Of a stretch of 64,000 nucleotides of DNA, positions 1-12,607 are shown in pieces (position 1 is the stretch's first letter; each line of letters starts with the position of its first letter). The notes below the pieces were generated by a model. It was not told where the DNA came from and made no database searches. It saw only the letters and a program-made list of their open reading frames with translations. The translations under genes were made by a program, and so were the position numbers. The DNA comes from the human T2T-CHM13v2.0 reference genome, Homo sapiens, in NCBI RefSeq assembly GCF_009914755.1, contig NC_060928.1. The stretch is one strand, 5' to 3'.

Positions 1-75
1 TCACTATTAGGAGAATAGCAAGGGAAAAATCCACTCTGTGATCCCATCATCTCCCACCAAGGGCCTCTACTTACA
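1..75 (-). mobile_element. MaLR LTR fragment (MST/THE1-like), cut by the window edge
   Basis: TCACTATTAGGAGAATAGCAAGGG...ATCCCATCATCTCCCACC resembles the reverse complement of an MST LTR. Confidence 0.65.
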
Positions 76-99
76 AGATGCCATGGGTAGAGGCATTTC

Positions 100-186
100 T
101 GTTGCAGTTATGACATCAAAAAATGTCACCAACCATTGCCAAATGTCCCTTGGAGGGCAAAAGCACTTCCAGTTGAGAACTACTGG
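100..186. mobile_element. MER20 (hAT-Charlie) terminal fragment
   Basis: AAAAATGTCACCAACCATTGCCAAATGTCCCTTGGAGGGCAAAA...GTTGAGAACTACTG matches the MER20 end. Confidence 0.75.
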
Positions 187-1473
187 GTTAAAGCTTAAAC
201 AAATCTTGGCTCATGGTTTCTTTGGCAATACCATTCCCTCAAAATCTTATTAGGCTTCTGATCTATATGCTTCCAGTCAGTTCCATGACCAGTAACCATG
301 GTCAAAATTGTTTTCTAAACAAGAATGTTCTCGTCTAATTTATTTCTTTGCCTCCAAATGTTTTGCTACCACATAACATGATCTTCATCTTTATAGCTTC
401 AAAAATCATTTTTTTAAATCACTTGTCACTCACCACTAATTGAGCAGTGGGTACAAGGAAGCTGATTCTGGAGACTGGAAAGACTCGCGTAGTGACCAAA
501 CACCTGCGATGGCTTAAAAGGAAGACCACTAAACAAGGCCACAAATTTTAGATTTATGTTACAACAGCATACCACTTTAAGTATAAACTTCTACATTAGT
601 TAAAGGACTGTTACAGAACTGGTCCGCTACAGAGTATAGATTTTCCTATTGGTAAGGTATAAAATTAGGCCAAAGGTCTTTTTTCCTGGCCCCCTTTTCT
701 TCTTGTTTCTCAATGAGTAGCTGCAATAGCTTGTTCAGTGCTGGATTAGCTACCTCTTGGCTTGGAAGAGAAGCGGGAGCTGAGTTTTGGAGCTATGTGG
801 AGGTCAGAGAAGAATGGATGTCTGGAGAGGGAAAAAGCTCACAGTGGCAGAGGAGGTGAAACTGGAGGTAGCCTGGGGGAGCTCCTGGAATGGCCTGCTG
901 ATTTCTGGGGTTTGGTGTGGGTGAGATTGCACAGACCAAGTTCATTCAAAAGGGCCAGAGTGGTATGAACACCATGAAAACCCCGAGACGGTTCACGAAT
1001 CTGAATACTTGAGTAAGCCACATAAGCTTTGGTTTCTCAGCTTCCAACATCCCATTTAAAATTTGTGTATGTATTTTAGGTTCAGTGAAGAGGAAACAAA
1101 AATAATTAATATTTCATCCTTGCTAAACAAATAATAAAAAATGAAACAAGGTAAAATATCTAAAATGAAACAAGGTAAACTATTCATCAGGGAAATGCTA
1201 AATATACAATGATATACTAGAGAAATGCTAAATATACTAGTGATATACTAGAGTTTCTTATACTAGAGAAAAGTATGCCATAGTTTAACTCATGTGTACA
1301 GTGTAAAAACATTTACTCAAAAAGAAAATCCCCACAACAATGCCATATGCTGAGTCTGAGGATGTAGTTATATAATGCATATAATATATAAATGCATAGA
1401 AAGAAGTTTATGGACTGATAACTATGGCTGAGCTGGGAGAAGAAGGAGGGGGTGGTGACATGGATTAGAGTGA

Positions 1474-1855
<382 letters not shown>

Positions 1856-2269
1856 CACTGAAGGGATTTCAATGCAACAGTCTTTCCAGAAGAGGATGTA
1901 AACCAAATTTGATAAAAATTAAAAGAATGAGATAGGTCTGTTTGCATGGATAGATGCTGGTATAAGTTTTGCATAAAAAACACAACTGAAATCATCTGTA
2001 TTCTCCCTATCAGATACAATAATCATTATCAACATTTTAGTGAAGTTTCCTTCATTCTTTTTTTCTCTGTCTATAAAATGTGTACTTTAATAAAATCGAG
2101 TGATATTTTATGTTCAGTTTTGTACTGTTTCCTTTACTTAATAAGATATTATAAGCATTTTCTTTGCCATTAAATATTCTTCAAACAATGTAATTTGCAA
2201 TGGATACATAATAGCCTATATATATATATACATTTACAGTAGATAGTCACAATTGTGATACAGTGTATC

Positions 2270-2450
2270 AAGTTGTGCCTAAGGGTTTAACTTCTATTGT
2301 CTCCTTTCATCCTTCCAACACACCCATGAGATAATGTTGTAATTCCCATTTTATAGATGAGGAAGGAGAGGCTCAGCGAGCTATGTTTGTAACTGGCCCA
2401 AGATCCCAAAGTTAGCACGTGGCTAAGCCAGGTCTCAAACACACATCTAT
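2270..2450 (-). mobile_element. MIR
   Basis: Core CCCATTTTATAGATGAGGAAGGAGAGGCTCAG. Confidence 0.8.
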
Positions 2451-3634
2451 TGTTTTAGCTACTCTTAAGTTAAACACAGTAGAATCACCCCTGAAACAAT
2501 TATTTACCCAATCCACTATTGCTGGACATAAGACTGCTTGAAAATTTTTGCCATCTTAAATACCACTGTGATGATTATCCTTGCACACACAGTTTTGGCC
2601 ACATCCCAGAATTCCCTGCTTACGTTAAATTCTTAAAAGTGGAACTGGGTCAAAATGAGAGAACGTCTTTTATCTTCTTGCAACATATTGCCAGAGAGAA
2701 CCAGACCCTTTTGCAGGCCTGCTTTGGAGCTTTAGGCAAACTCTTCCAAATGGGAATGGTAACTGCAGGAACTATGGACTGCAGCAATCATGGCCCTCCT
2801 GGGCTGAGGACTGAACTGGGGCTCATTGACATTGACCTCTAAATGATGGCACTCAAGTCACACCTGGCTTGCAGAGAGTTTTATTGAATTTCCTTGCAAT
2901 GCTATTATGCTCCGTAAACACAGAGTCAGGCAGACGCAGTGACCACGGGCCCCTATTACATCAGGTAAGTGCACATCCTGCTACATGCCTCCTCTCATTT
3001 CTATTATTTCAAATGTCAAATGCACTTTGCCTCAAGCCTTCTCGGCCTTTAATTTTTAAATCTACATGCACTTAACTTATTTATTGGATTTCTATGGGAC
3101 TTGAGGGGAAATTTAATTCATATACTTCTGCTTCATCTTCACTTAACTCACTTGTTGGCTCAAATAGTGTTGTTGGCTCTTTTAAATGAGAATTTTTTGT
3201 GCAGCCTTTTTTTTCCAGAGGCAGGAAGCTGAGGAGGGAGGATTCTCATTGAAAAAAAGTAGAAATTTAGGAAGGTGGTGGACTTGGGGAAGGGCAGGCT
3301 CCCAGGCATTCATTAAAACATTCTTACTAGTCAAGAGGTTGCAGAAAGGTACACAGAGTTGGGAAAGCAATCTCTTTAACTTGGCTTAATTAACTTAATT
3401 TAAGGCTCATCTTTACCACAGGGATGTGCCAGGAAGCTCAGGGGCACCTCAAATTTTTAAAATTTCCTATTTAAATTAATTGATGCCATCGGTAACTCCC
3501 TAATCTGCCCTTCTTACTAAGATGAGATAATTTAGTAAGTTGAGATAATTCCATTCCAAAGCAGACCAAACTTGATATTTTCTTATGTCATTTCAACCTG
3601 ATGGTGGGTACATGTATCATTTTCATTAGGCTTC

Positions 3635-4225
3635 TTTTTTTTTTAATTTCCTTTTTTCTTATTATGAATATTTTCAAACATTCAGAAAAGTTGAAAGAAT
3701 CATACTGTGTACACTCAAATGCATAACGTCATAATCCTACAATGGTTATCATTTTGCCCTATTTGCTTGATATTTTATCAATCCATCTCTCAATCCATCT
3801 TATTTTTAAATGCATTTCAAACTAAGTTGCAGACATCAATAAACTTCATTGTTAAACACTTCAGCATACATGTCATTAACTACATTTTTTCTTTTTCTGA
3901 TACAATTTATATAAGTAAAATATACATCTCAACTGTACCACTCAATGGGTTTTGACTAATTTGGGTACCCGAGTAACTCAAATTCCATCAAAATACAAAA
4001 CATCTTCATCACCACAGAAACTTCCTTAGTGCCCTTTTGCAATTCATTTCTTACCATCCTTTGCCCCAGACAATAATGGAGCTAATTTCTGTGACTACAT
4101 ATTAGTTTTGCCTGTTCTAAAACTTCATGTAAATGGATTCATATGGTATGAAATACTTCATGTACCTCTCTTCTTGCTCAGCACAATGCCATTGCATCTA
4201 TCAGTACTTTTTCTTTTTCTTGCTG
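3635..4225 (-). mobile_element. Old L1 (L1ME/MD-like) 3' region
   Basis: ATTAGTTTTGCCTGTTCTAAAACTTCATGTAAATGGA and similar L1M 3'UTR motifs. Confidence 0.7.
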
Positions 4226-4231
4226 CAGAGT

Positions 4232-4392
4232 AACCTTGATTCTTGATGGCATCTTTGAACATTAGATTAACTAACCCTAAACCCCATCCCAACTCCAAAC
4301 TTTCTCTAACAGGAGCTTATGGTTTCTTATGGCTAATTCAGGTTGTGATGGGCTTTCTGTTACTTGTAGCAATGAGCCTTCTAGTTAAAACA
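4232..4392 (+). mobile_element. MLT1-type LTR 3' fragment
   Basis: GGGCTTTCTGTTACTTGTAGC...CTAGTTAAAACA resembles an MLT1J/K end. Confidence 0.5.
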
Positions 4393-5296
4393 AGACCCAT
4401 TTGAGATTGGTCTTTCCCGCCTTATGTTATAAACTGGAATTTCTCAGAAACATGTGAAAATAGAAATGAAAGCACCGTTCTGGAAATAATAACCCAGTTA
4501 ATGTCTGGCTAGAATGCTATTAAATATGCTATGGGATTATTCTCCTTAATAAAGCAAAATTTAGCGCAGAGACTTGCCAGAAAAATGCATGTGGTATTTT
4601 AGAAAGAGTCTTTTCCTATTTGAGTTACCTCCCTGCCTCACAGAACCACACTGGCCTGCACTACATTGAATGTACTATAATTCCATTTGTCTTAGCATTA
4701 CTTCAAATACTTGGGTTGCAGGTCAAGACTAAGATTCCACTGTTCTGCTCAGAAGACCTCTGCACATCCTTTGGGTCCTGAGCAGGATGGTCCAAGCCCA
4801 GCTGTAGGGTGATGGAGGTGGAGTCGGTCATACAAAGGTGGCGCTCTGCCCCTGAACCACGATCCAGTCACCCTGCCCTACCCGGGGTTAAAACTGGGAA
4901 TTGGTCTACAGGAAGAGCCTGCCTTCTGAAAGGGACAGGAAAGGAGCCTTCAGGTGCTTTCAGTTATGAAGGCTCCTTAGACAGCCCTTGGCTGGAGTCC
5001 ACTGAGAACCATGTGTAGCCATTCCTAGGGCCTTTTACCTGGAAACAGTAGTTTTAGGTATCCTAACACCACATGTTATATGACCTGATTGAACAAAAAG
5101 ATGCTTGGTACATATGAGTGTTAAGAATCAGTACTAAAAAGTTTGGGAAAGAAAAATATAAGAATGAAATTGGAAGATTTGATAGAATCTGAACGTTCAT
5201 TACTGATATCAGAGTAATTTCACTAGGGTAGGAAATAGAATCATTCAGTCCTTTATTTTATTCATTTAGTTGGTATTCAACATGGAGGAGGAAATG

Positions 5297-5830
5297 AATG
5301 CAGTATATAATTTATTCAGAAATGGGTGTTGGAGTCACACCTGGATTTCTACCTGAGCCACTCACTGAACTCCAATTTTTTTTTTTCCTTCCTTGCTTCC
5401 TTCCTTCCTTCTTTCCTTCCTTCCTTCCTTCTTTCCTTCCTTCCTTACGTCCTTCCTTCCTCTCTCTCTCTCTCTGTCTCTCTTTCTCTCTTTCTTTCTT
5501 CCTTTTTGAGAGGGAGTCTTGCACTGTCACCCAGGCTGGAGTACAGTGGGTGATCTCGACTCACTACAACCTCTGTATCCTGGGTTCAAGCAATTCTCCT
5601 GCCTCAGCCTCCTGAGTAGCTGGGATTACAGGCCTGTGCCACCATGCCCGGCTAATTTTTGTATTTTTAGTAGGAACAAGGTTTCGCCATGTTAGTCAGG
5701 ATGGTCTCGAACTCCTGACCTCAAGTGATCTGCCTGCCTTGGTCTCCCAAAGTGTTGGGATTATAGACGTGAGCCACTACACCCGGCCCAATTATTTTTC
5801 ATCTGCAAATTGAAGATGAGATACTTAAAT
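5297..5830 (+). mobile_element. MIR interrupted by an Alu
   Basis: TTGGAGTCACACCTGGATTT...CTGAACTCCAATT[Alu]TTTTCATCTGCAAATTGAAGATGAG. Confidence 0.55.
5376..5789 (-). mobile_element. AluS (Sx/Sz-like) with (CTTC)n(CT)n tail
   Basis: Dimeric Alu body at about 5505-5789; compound microsatellite tail. Confidence 0.95.
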
Positions 5831-5951
5831 CATACAGCATTTCATTCCTTGATGCAACAAGTATTTATTGAGCACCTACTATGTGCCAGACATTGCTCTA
5901 GAATATAGGGGCAATGGCAACTAAACAAAGTTGCTGCTCTCACAGAGCTCT

Positions 5952-6455
5952 CTGCAAGACCATATTTTCAAAGATGGCTGCACCAGTGTATTCCATCCCA
6001 CACTCTCTCCTTACAGGGTGACATTGACACACCTCCACAGAGAGGTGTGGTCTGTGTTCCCTCCCCTTGGATCAGAGCAGGCCTGTGGCTATCAGGGAAG
6101 TGATACTGCATAACTATTCAAGCTCATCATAAAAGGTGAGGCAGAATTCTCCTGGCCTTCTCTCTTGGTACACATGCCTTGAAATCCCTACGTTGTTATA
6201 TAAGAAATTTAGCTACCCTGTAGCTGCTAAGATGGAAAGGTCATAAGGAGAGACCACACAGAGACAGAGAAAGATACCCATAGCATCCCAGCTGTTCCAG
6301 GCCCCAGCCTTTGATCTTTGGTGAAGGCCCTGAGAGATAATGCATCCCTACTGTGTCCCATCTGAACTTCATGCTATACAATGTATGAGCATAATAAGCA
6401 GTGGTTTTATGCCACAAGTTTTGGGGTAATTTGTTATGGCACCCTTATAACTGAA
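5952..6455 (+). mobile_element. MLT1G/H-like solo LTR
   Basis: ATTTTCAAAGATGGCTGC...CCCTCCCCTTGGATC...TTTTGGGGTAATTTGTTATG. Confidence 0.75.
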
Positions 6456-7074
6456 AAAAGCTGTATGCTAGTTGGGCAGAAAGATGCTAAGCCAGTAAAC
6501 AACAAGATATTGTCAAACATGACCACAAAGAACTAAAAATAGGGTGATGCGACTGAGGAGAGGGAAGGAGAGGCAACTCCTGCTAGAAGATTTTCCCCAT
6601 AGAAATCCTGGCAGAAGAGAAAACATTTGAGCTGCATCGACTTGAAAATATAAAAAGAAGGGCCAGATTGAATGTTCTGGGGACAGAGGTAACAGTGAAT
6701 GCAATGGCCCAGGGAAGCCTGCAGCTGTGCCCATTAGAGGAATTAGAAAATAGCTGGTGCCCCTGGATTACAGAGAGGGAAGAATAACATCCCAAGCTGA
6801 GGTCAGAGCAGACAGGTTCGCCTCATATGGGGAGTTGTAGGCCAGATCAAGGCTTTGGATTTTTATTTAAGTGTGATGGGAAGCCACTGAAAGATTCTTA
6901 GCAGTGAAGAGATATGGTTCCATTTACAAGATCTCTTTGGCTATTGCGTGGTGAAGGGATTGAAGGGTAAGAACTGAAGTAGAGAGGGTAATTCAGAGAT
7001 GATGGCCCGAGTCCAAGTGAGAACGGAAGGCGGCTTGGACTGGCATTGGAATCGGTGGATGTACTATAATGACA

Positions 7075-7290
7075 AAAACAACAGTAACTACCATTGCCTA
7101 AGTGGTTTCTATGTTCAGGCATTGTTTAAAGTGCATTACATAGATTATATGATTTTATCCTCACAATGACCCTATGATGTATGTTCCATTATTGTACCAG
7201 ATGAGAGTTCAAGTACCTTGCCCAGTACCACATATTTAGTAAGTGGTACAGAAAGACTCCTAATCCAGGCAGGGCCCCCACAGTGTGCTT
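7075..7290 (-). mobile_element. MIR
   Basis: TTATCCTCACAATGACCCTATGA...CAGATGAG...CTTGCCCAG. Confidence 0.7.
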
Positions 7291-7403
7291 CTTCACTGGA
7301 TGGAATCCAGTGGGATAATTCAGGGTATTCTGGAGAGGCCAGTTCTTGCTAAGTAATTGGATTTGGAGAAGGGCAAAGAAAGACATCGAGAATGATACCT
7401 TGA

Positions 7404-7547
7404 TATTGAATCTTCCCAACAGGAAGAAATGGTAAACGTTTGAGATGATGGACATGCTAATTATCCTGATCTGATCACATTATATGTATGGAAACATCAC
7501 TATGTATTCCATAAATATGTGCAATCATCATTTGTCAATTTGAAGAA
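7404..7547 (+). mobile_element. Heavily 5'-truncated L1MA 3' end
   Basis: TTTGAGATGATGGACATGCTAATTATCCTGATCTGATC. 15-bp TSD AGAATGATACCTTGA (7389-7403) / AGAACGATACCTCGA (7548-7562). Confidence 0.85.
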
Positions 7548-7719
7548 AGAACGATACCTCGAAGTCTGACATGGACGATTAGGAGGGAGGTGGTGCCATC
7601 TATTGAGATGGGGATGTCTACGGGAGAGACAGGGTCAGGGAGAGGCAAGAATTATAAGAATGAACACATCATAATGAACAATGAATGTAAGAATGAACAA
7701 TAACAGGGATGCACTGATG

Positions 7720-7930
7720 TTTATTAATATTTACTCTGTGCCTACCATGACCAAGCATGCTGCATATACCAACTCATTTAATTTTGTGATGGCCCTAAGA
7801 AGTAAGGTACTGTTATTTCCTCATTGTACTGAAGATGGAACTAAGAAGCAGAGAGGCTAAAAAAATCATCAGAGGTGACAGAGCTAGTAAATTGGGACTT
7901 GGAATTCAGGCTGACTGGCTCCATGCTCGC
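7720..7930 (-). mobile_element. MIR
   Basis: GATGGAACTAAGAAGCAGAGAGGCTAA...GGAATTCAGGCTGACTGGCTCCA. Confidence 0.7.
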
Positions 7931-9149
7931 TGTACACACTGCTTCTTATGAAACGAGCAGGTGTCAATGAAGAACAGCGCCCAGTGCATAGTAGGTGATT
8001 AATTAATGGTAGCTGTTATTATTAATATTGTTACTATCCAAATGTGGTTGACCTTCTCTGGTGTATGTGATATTGTGTTACTAAGAAATAGAACACAATG
8101 AATTCTCTCAGGGAAAATGCCATGTCTCTGGCAAGTCCAGACCCACACTCATGGAAGTTCAAATGATTCAAGACAAACACACAGCAATACAAAGAAGCCA
8201 TAGAAGAGATGCCACAAGGCAGTGTGTGATGAAGTGCAGAAGAAACATATATATCTAGCTATACAGATCATTTCAAACATCCAGAGGAATAGTAAAACCT
8301 TGTGCCAGGATTACTAACACATGTGCTTGCAACAGCACGATTCCTTCTCTATAATTCATTGCTCCCTGTCAGGACCCAAACCAAATGTCAAAGATTGGAA
8401 TAGTGACATTTACACTGTTTTAATTACCCAGCAAGATTGGTGTTTGTGGACTTGTTAAGTAGTTCCCAAACAAAGCAATGAAATTTAACGGTTTTGCTGT
8501 GCAACAAAACTTACCTCCTTCTTTCTTTCTTTTGGTGGAATGATGGGGGAGGGCAGTGGGGCCAATTTTTTCCTGGTGTAATTGAGACAAATTCCTTGAA
8601 GTTTTGGTACAATGAAAATTTAAAACATGAGCTGTTTCTACCTTTTTAGCTTTATGTAACATTTTTTTTTTTTTCACCACAGATCCCAAATGCCAAAGAT
8701 TCAAAGCAACAAGTCAAGCCATATTTTTGGAAAGTTTTTCATGTTTTCTTAAGATTTTTAAAAAACAAAACCCAGAAAATTTAGAAATAGAGAACATTGA
8801 AGAAACACACAGATAATCTCACATAATTCCACCACACAACTACTGATTATCTTGATGTGTTTCTTTATAGATTTTTACCCCTATACTTACTTACATAGTT
8901 GTAATTATAGTGTATTCACAATTTTGTATCCTGCTTTTATATGTAAATGTTTATCAGTCACACCTTTCTATATCTTCCACATTTTGCTGGGAGAGTCCAT
9001 TAAGTGAACATACCTTAATTTCTAAACTGTGTAACTAAATCACTTTTAGAACAAGGAAATGAATAAATAAAGTAAAATATGTAAATTAAATAATGTTACT
9101 CTTTCCCCTAACATTGAACCCTTGGCAAGGCCTCCTATCTGGGAGTTGA

Positions 9150-9385
9150 GAGTTCTGTCTCTGGAGTCTGACTTGACTTAAATCTCAGTTCTGCTACTTG
9201 CTAGCTGTGTGACTTTGGACAAGTTACTTAACCTCTCTGAGCTTTAGTTTCTTCACCTACACCATATGGATAATGGCGGTGCTTACTCAATGGAATGGGA
9301 TAATGTGCACTGAATACTGCAGAGCTGTCACATTATGAACGCTTAATGAAAGTCAGCCATCATTGCTATTATAATCATCATTATT
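9150..9385 (+). mobile_element. MIR
   Basis: CTACTTGCTAGCTGTGTGACTTTGGACAAGTTACTTAACCTCTCTGAGC. Confidence 0.85.
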
Positions 9386-9464
9386 ATTGTTTAAACTTCC
9401 ATGTACTTCCAAGCATGATTTTGGTGGAATGAGCACTGAATTAGAAATCCAAAAGGTTGAGCTT

Positions 9465-9750
9465 GGCCAGGCTTGGTGCCTCACACCTGTAATCCCAGCA
9501 CTTTGGGAGGCCAAGGCCGGTGGATCACTTGAGCTCAGGAGTTTGAGACCAGCCCTGGGCAACACGGTGGAACCATACCCCTACAAATAATATGAAAAAA
9601 TTAGCCAGGTGTGGTGGTTTCTGCCTGTAGTTCCAGCTACTTGGGAGGCTGAGGTGGGAGAATTGCTTTAGCCTGGGAGGTCAAGGCTGCAGTGAGCTGA
9701 GATCACATCACTGTACTCCAGCCTGGGCAACAGAGCAAGACCTTGTCTCT
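9465..9750 (+). mobile_element. AluJ
   Basis: Dimeric Alu with J-type GGATCACTTGAGCTCAGG and GGTCAAGGCTGCAG. Confidence 0.92.
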
Positions 9751-10939
9751 TCTCTTCCATATATATGTGTATGAACAGTTGATCTCTAGACCTGGTGAGC
9801 CACGTACTTGTTGCTAGTGTCCTTACCTATAAAATGGAGTGTTAAATACCTGTCTTGTCTCTTCTAAAAAGAACTGTGAAAAAGAGAAAGCTGTGTAAAT
9901 CCAAGACCTCATGAACATAAGAATTGCTCCTCCAGATCTGAGAGGCACAGTCCGGTGCTTTGAGGCTGGTATTCTCCATCATGCAGGAGAGCCAGGGGGC
10001 GGGGTAGGGGTGGTTTCTGACACCTCTCTGATGACCAGGCCTCATTACAGAGCCAGCTGTGCTCCTTAGAACAATGCCGGCAGAACACAATACTATGCAA
10101 AGGTCAGCAGAGGCGTTCCCAACGCATGCTGGGTATTTTCTTGCCTTTCCTTTCCCTTGCCTGTTCACAGAAGGCTCGGAGCCACATGGTTCTGCTGTGT
10201 TAAGGAAATCCATACCTCAGGAGTTTTTTTTTCTTCTTTTTGCTGTATTCATTTATTTTAGATAGTCCATCAACGCCATTTGCACCGCTCAGGTTAGAAG
10301 TTGTCAGCATTTCCCACTTAGGCTGCTATTTCCAGGGAATGATTATTTGATTGTAACATTTGTTCCAGGCAGCAACGGGCCAAGGAGAGGTCTTAGCTCA
10401 AAAGCACCTTCCACCTACTTAAAAGCAACAGCCACCACAGCGTACTCCTTATGTGACCAATTTAAAATGATGGAAATCAACAACAAAAACCTCAGATATT
10501 TTGAGTTCTGGAGGACAGAAAGGGTTGTTTTGACAATGGCGTGAAGTTTATGACTGCGGGTCATCAAGAGTTCATTGTCTGGCATTCTGGCATGGGCATG
10601 ATTGAAGGAGCTGCCAAAACATCACTGAGCACAAATGTGAGCCACGTGCCTCCTCTGGGGAGGACCGGTTTGTAGGTGTTGCCTCCTCCTTGCCTTTTCT
10701 CTTCCTCTCCTGTCTCCTCTCTTCACAGCTGGAAGATGGAATAAGTGGAGACAGGAGGTCTCAATCAGCTCTCTCCTTTTTGGGAGTTTGCCCACTGAGG
10801 AGAGCAGGGTTGGCAGCAGCAAGAGAGAGAAAGGTAGGAGACACATTATTATAATAGCCTGACCCTCCGCATTGCACATCATTACGCTCATCACCTGAGA
10901 AGCCTGTTAGGCATGCGGGGAATGATTGATGTTGCAGAG

Positions 10940-11850
10940 CTCATTCCTTCAAGTGCTATTTATTGAGCGCCTGCTAGGCTTCTTGTGTTTTTTGTCTTGC
11001 TGGGTACGTGAAGTTGAACAAAAACATGGTGTCTCTTCCCAGAGAACTGCAGCTAATGTGAAGACAGTCATAAGTGAATGTGCAATTACACACCAGGCTT
11101 AGGACTCCAAAGAGGTGCCAGACGGGGATACGAGGGGCACAATTTGTACCGTCAGGATAGAGAAGCCCTCTCAGAGGAAGTGGCATTTACCTGGAGAAAG
11201 GAAAGTGGAGTTGGAGGCATGGGAGTGCCTGAAGTATGTGCTTGGGGCATGTACCAGGTGTCTTGAATTTTGTCTGAGTCAGCGTACAGTTGGATGTGAG
11301 AATCAGAGACCTATTCAAACAGGCTTAAACTGAAAAGGAGGTTTGTTAAAAAGGGGAGGGAGGAGATTTGCTAGAATCCGTGGGTAGAAAGCATGGCTAG
11401 AGCTCACAGGGAGTGGACTGGGAAATGAGTGGCTTCTCCCCTTCTCCCTCTGGAAGTGATATGACCAACTGCATTTTGAGTAGGAATAGGAGTAACCTGG
11501 TGCTGATGGGGAGCCATCTAGGCCTGGGTGGCAGCCTACGGGAAGAGTCAAGGCAACAGGACCCTGTGTGGCAACTCTAAGAACTTAGCGTGGCTGTTGA
11601 GCTGGAGTCTAGGATGCCTGTGTAATAAGCAGAGGAAGCAGGTGATAGTGGAGTGAAGCTGCAGGAAGGTTAGCAGGGGCCACATCATAAAATGTCTGTG
11701 TGCTCAGCTGAGGTGTTTTCCATTGGCCCTGAAGGTTAAGAGTCTGTGGAGGAAAATGAAATAATCTGGTGAAGATTGCATGTGGAGGACGAAGGGCGGC
11801 TGGACGCAGGGAGACCCAGGAAGAGGCCCTTCTCCATCAGGGTTTGAGAT
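10940..11850 (-). mobile_element. L2 relic (fragmented, with a possible LTR piece at about 11260-11420)
   Basis: TCATTCCTTCAAG...TTTATTGAGCGCCTGCT; GCAGGGAGACCCAGGAAGAGG. Confidence 0.6.
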
Positions 11851-11857
11851 GAGCATC

Positions 11858-12485
11858 TGCTATTTGTTTGGGCCACCTGGCATCTGGATGCACTTTTTGT
11901 TTATTTGGGGAGATTTCTCACTTTATGAGTAATGATGTGAGACAAAGACGGCCTCCCCTACTAGAAGCTGAAAAGATAGACATTCACTTTCCCAGCCTCC
12001 CTCATAGCTGGGACACAGCCATGTAATCTTAGCTTGGCCAATCAGAAGGTCCCATGTGATGTTTTTATTCCTCTCTCTCTTCTCCTCTTCTTCTCTTTCC
12101 TCTTCCTCCTCCTCTTCCTTCTTCTTCTCCTCCTTTTGCCCTTCTTCTTTCTCTTACCCTACCTCTTCCCCTCCACTTCCTCCTCCTCCCCCTTCTCCTT
12201 CTTCTTCTCTCTCTTTCTCCCTCTTCCTCTTTCTCTTTCCCTCCTTCCCTTGCACTCCAGCTCCCTCTTCCTCCCTGTGTTTCCCTTTCTCTCTCTCTCT
12301 TTCATGCAGTGGAGGCTGCAGACCCTGAAAATGCAGCAGTGCAGACTGTAGTATCCATGCACATGGTGGTGGCTGCTGTTTCTTCTGTTTCTGATCAGGC
12401 CTTCACCTTGGAGTTGGTCATCCTTTACCAAATCTTATCCTCAAGCTCATTCTCCAGCACTCCAGTGTCAACTGTGAAATAGTCA
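11858..12485 (+). mobile_element. ERVL-type LTR (LTR40/LTR33/LTR16-like), 5' part
   Basis: CACTTTCCCAGCCTCCCTCATAGCTGGG...GCCATGTAATCTTAGCTTGGCCAATCAGA. The matching 3' end appears at about 18925-19008. Confidence 0.55.
12067..12302. repeat. About 235-bp polypyrimidine (CT-rich) low-complexity tract
   Basis: Almost only C and T on the + strand. Confidence 0.95.
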
Positions 12486-12493
12486 ATAATCTT

Positions 12494-12607
12494 ATTTATT
12501 TATTTATTTCTAAAGATGAGGGCTTGCTATTTTGCCCAGGCTGGTCTCGAGCGCCTAGCCTCACCTCCTTATGTGCCAGGACAACAGGCCTGAGCTACTG
12601 CGCCTCC
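12494..12607 (-). mobile_element. Alu/snaR-related (ASR-like) monomeric SINE retrocopy
   Basis: Reverse complement reads GGAGGCGCAGTAGCTCAGGCCTGTTGTCCTGGCACATAAGGAGGTGAGGCTAGGCGCTCGAGACCAGCCTGGGCAAAATAGC...(AAAT)n, i.e. FLAM-C-like with a central deletion of about 19 nt. Exact TSD TCAATAATCTT (12483-12493 / 12608-12618). Confidence 0.75.

Larger units (their letters stand above)
5840..7640 (-). mobile_element. L2 relic with nested MLT1, MIR and L1 insertions
   Basis: L2 3' end CAACAAGTATTTATTGAGCACCTACTATGTGCCAG; internal GTGTGATGGGAAGCCACTGAAAG. Confidence 0.75.

Noticed and set aside
12034-12431. Poly-Leu/Phe, poly-Ser and Glu/Lys/Arg-rich ORFs
   Set aside because: Artefacts of the CT-rich low-complexity tract.
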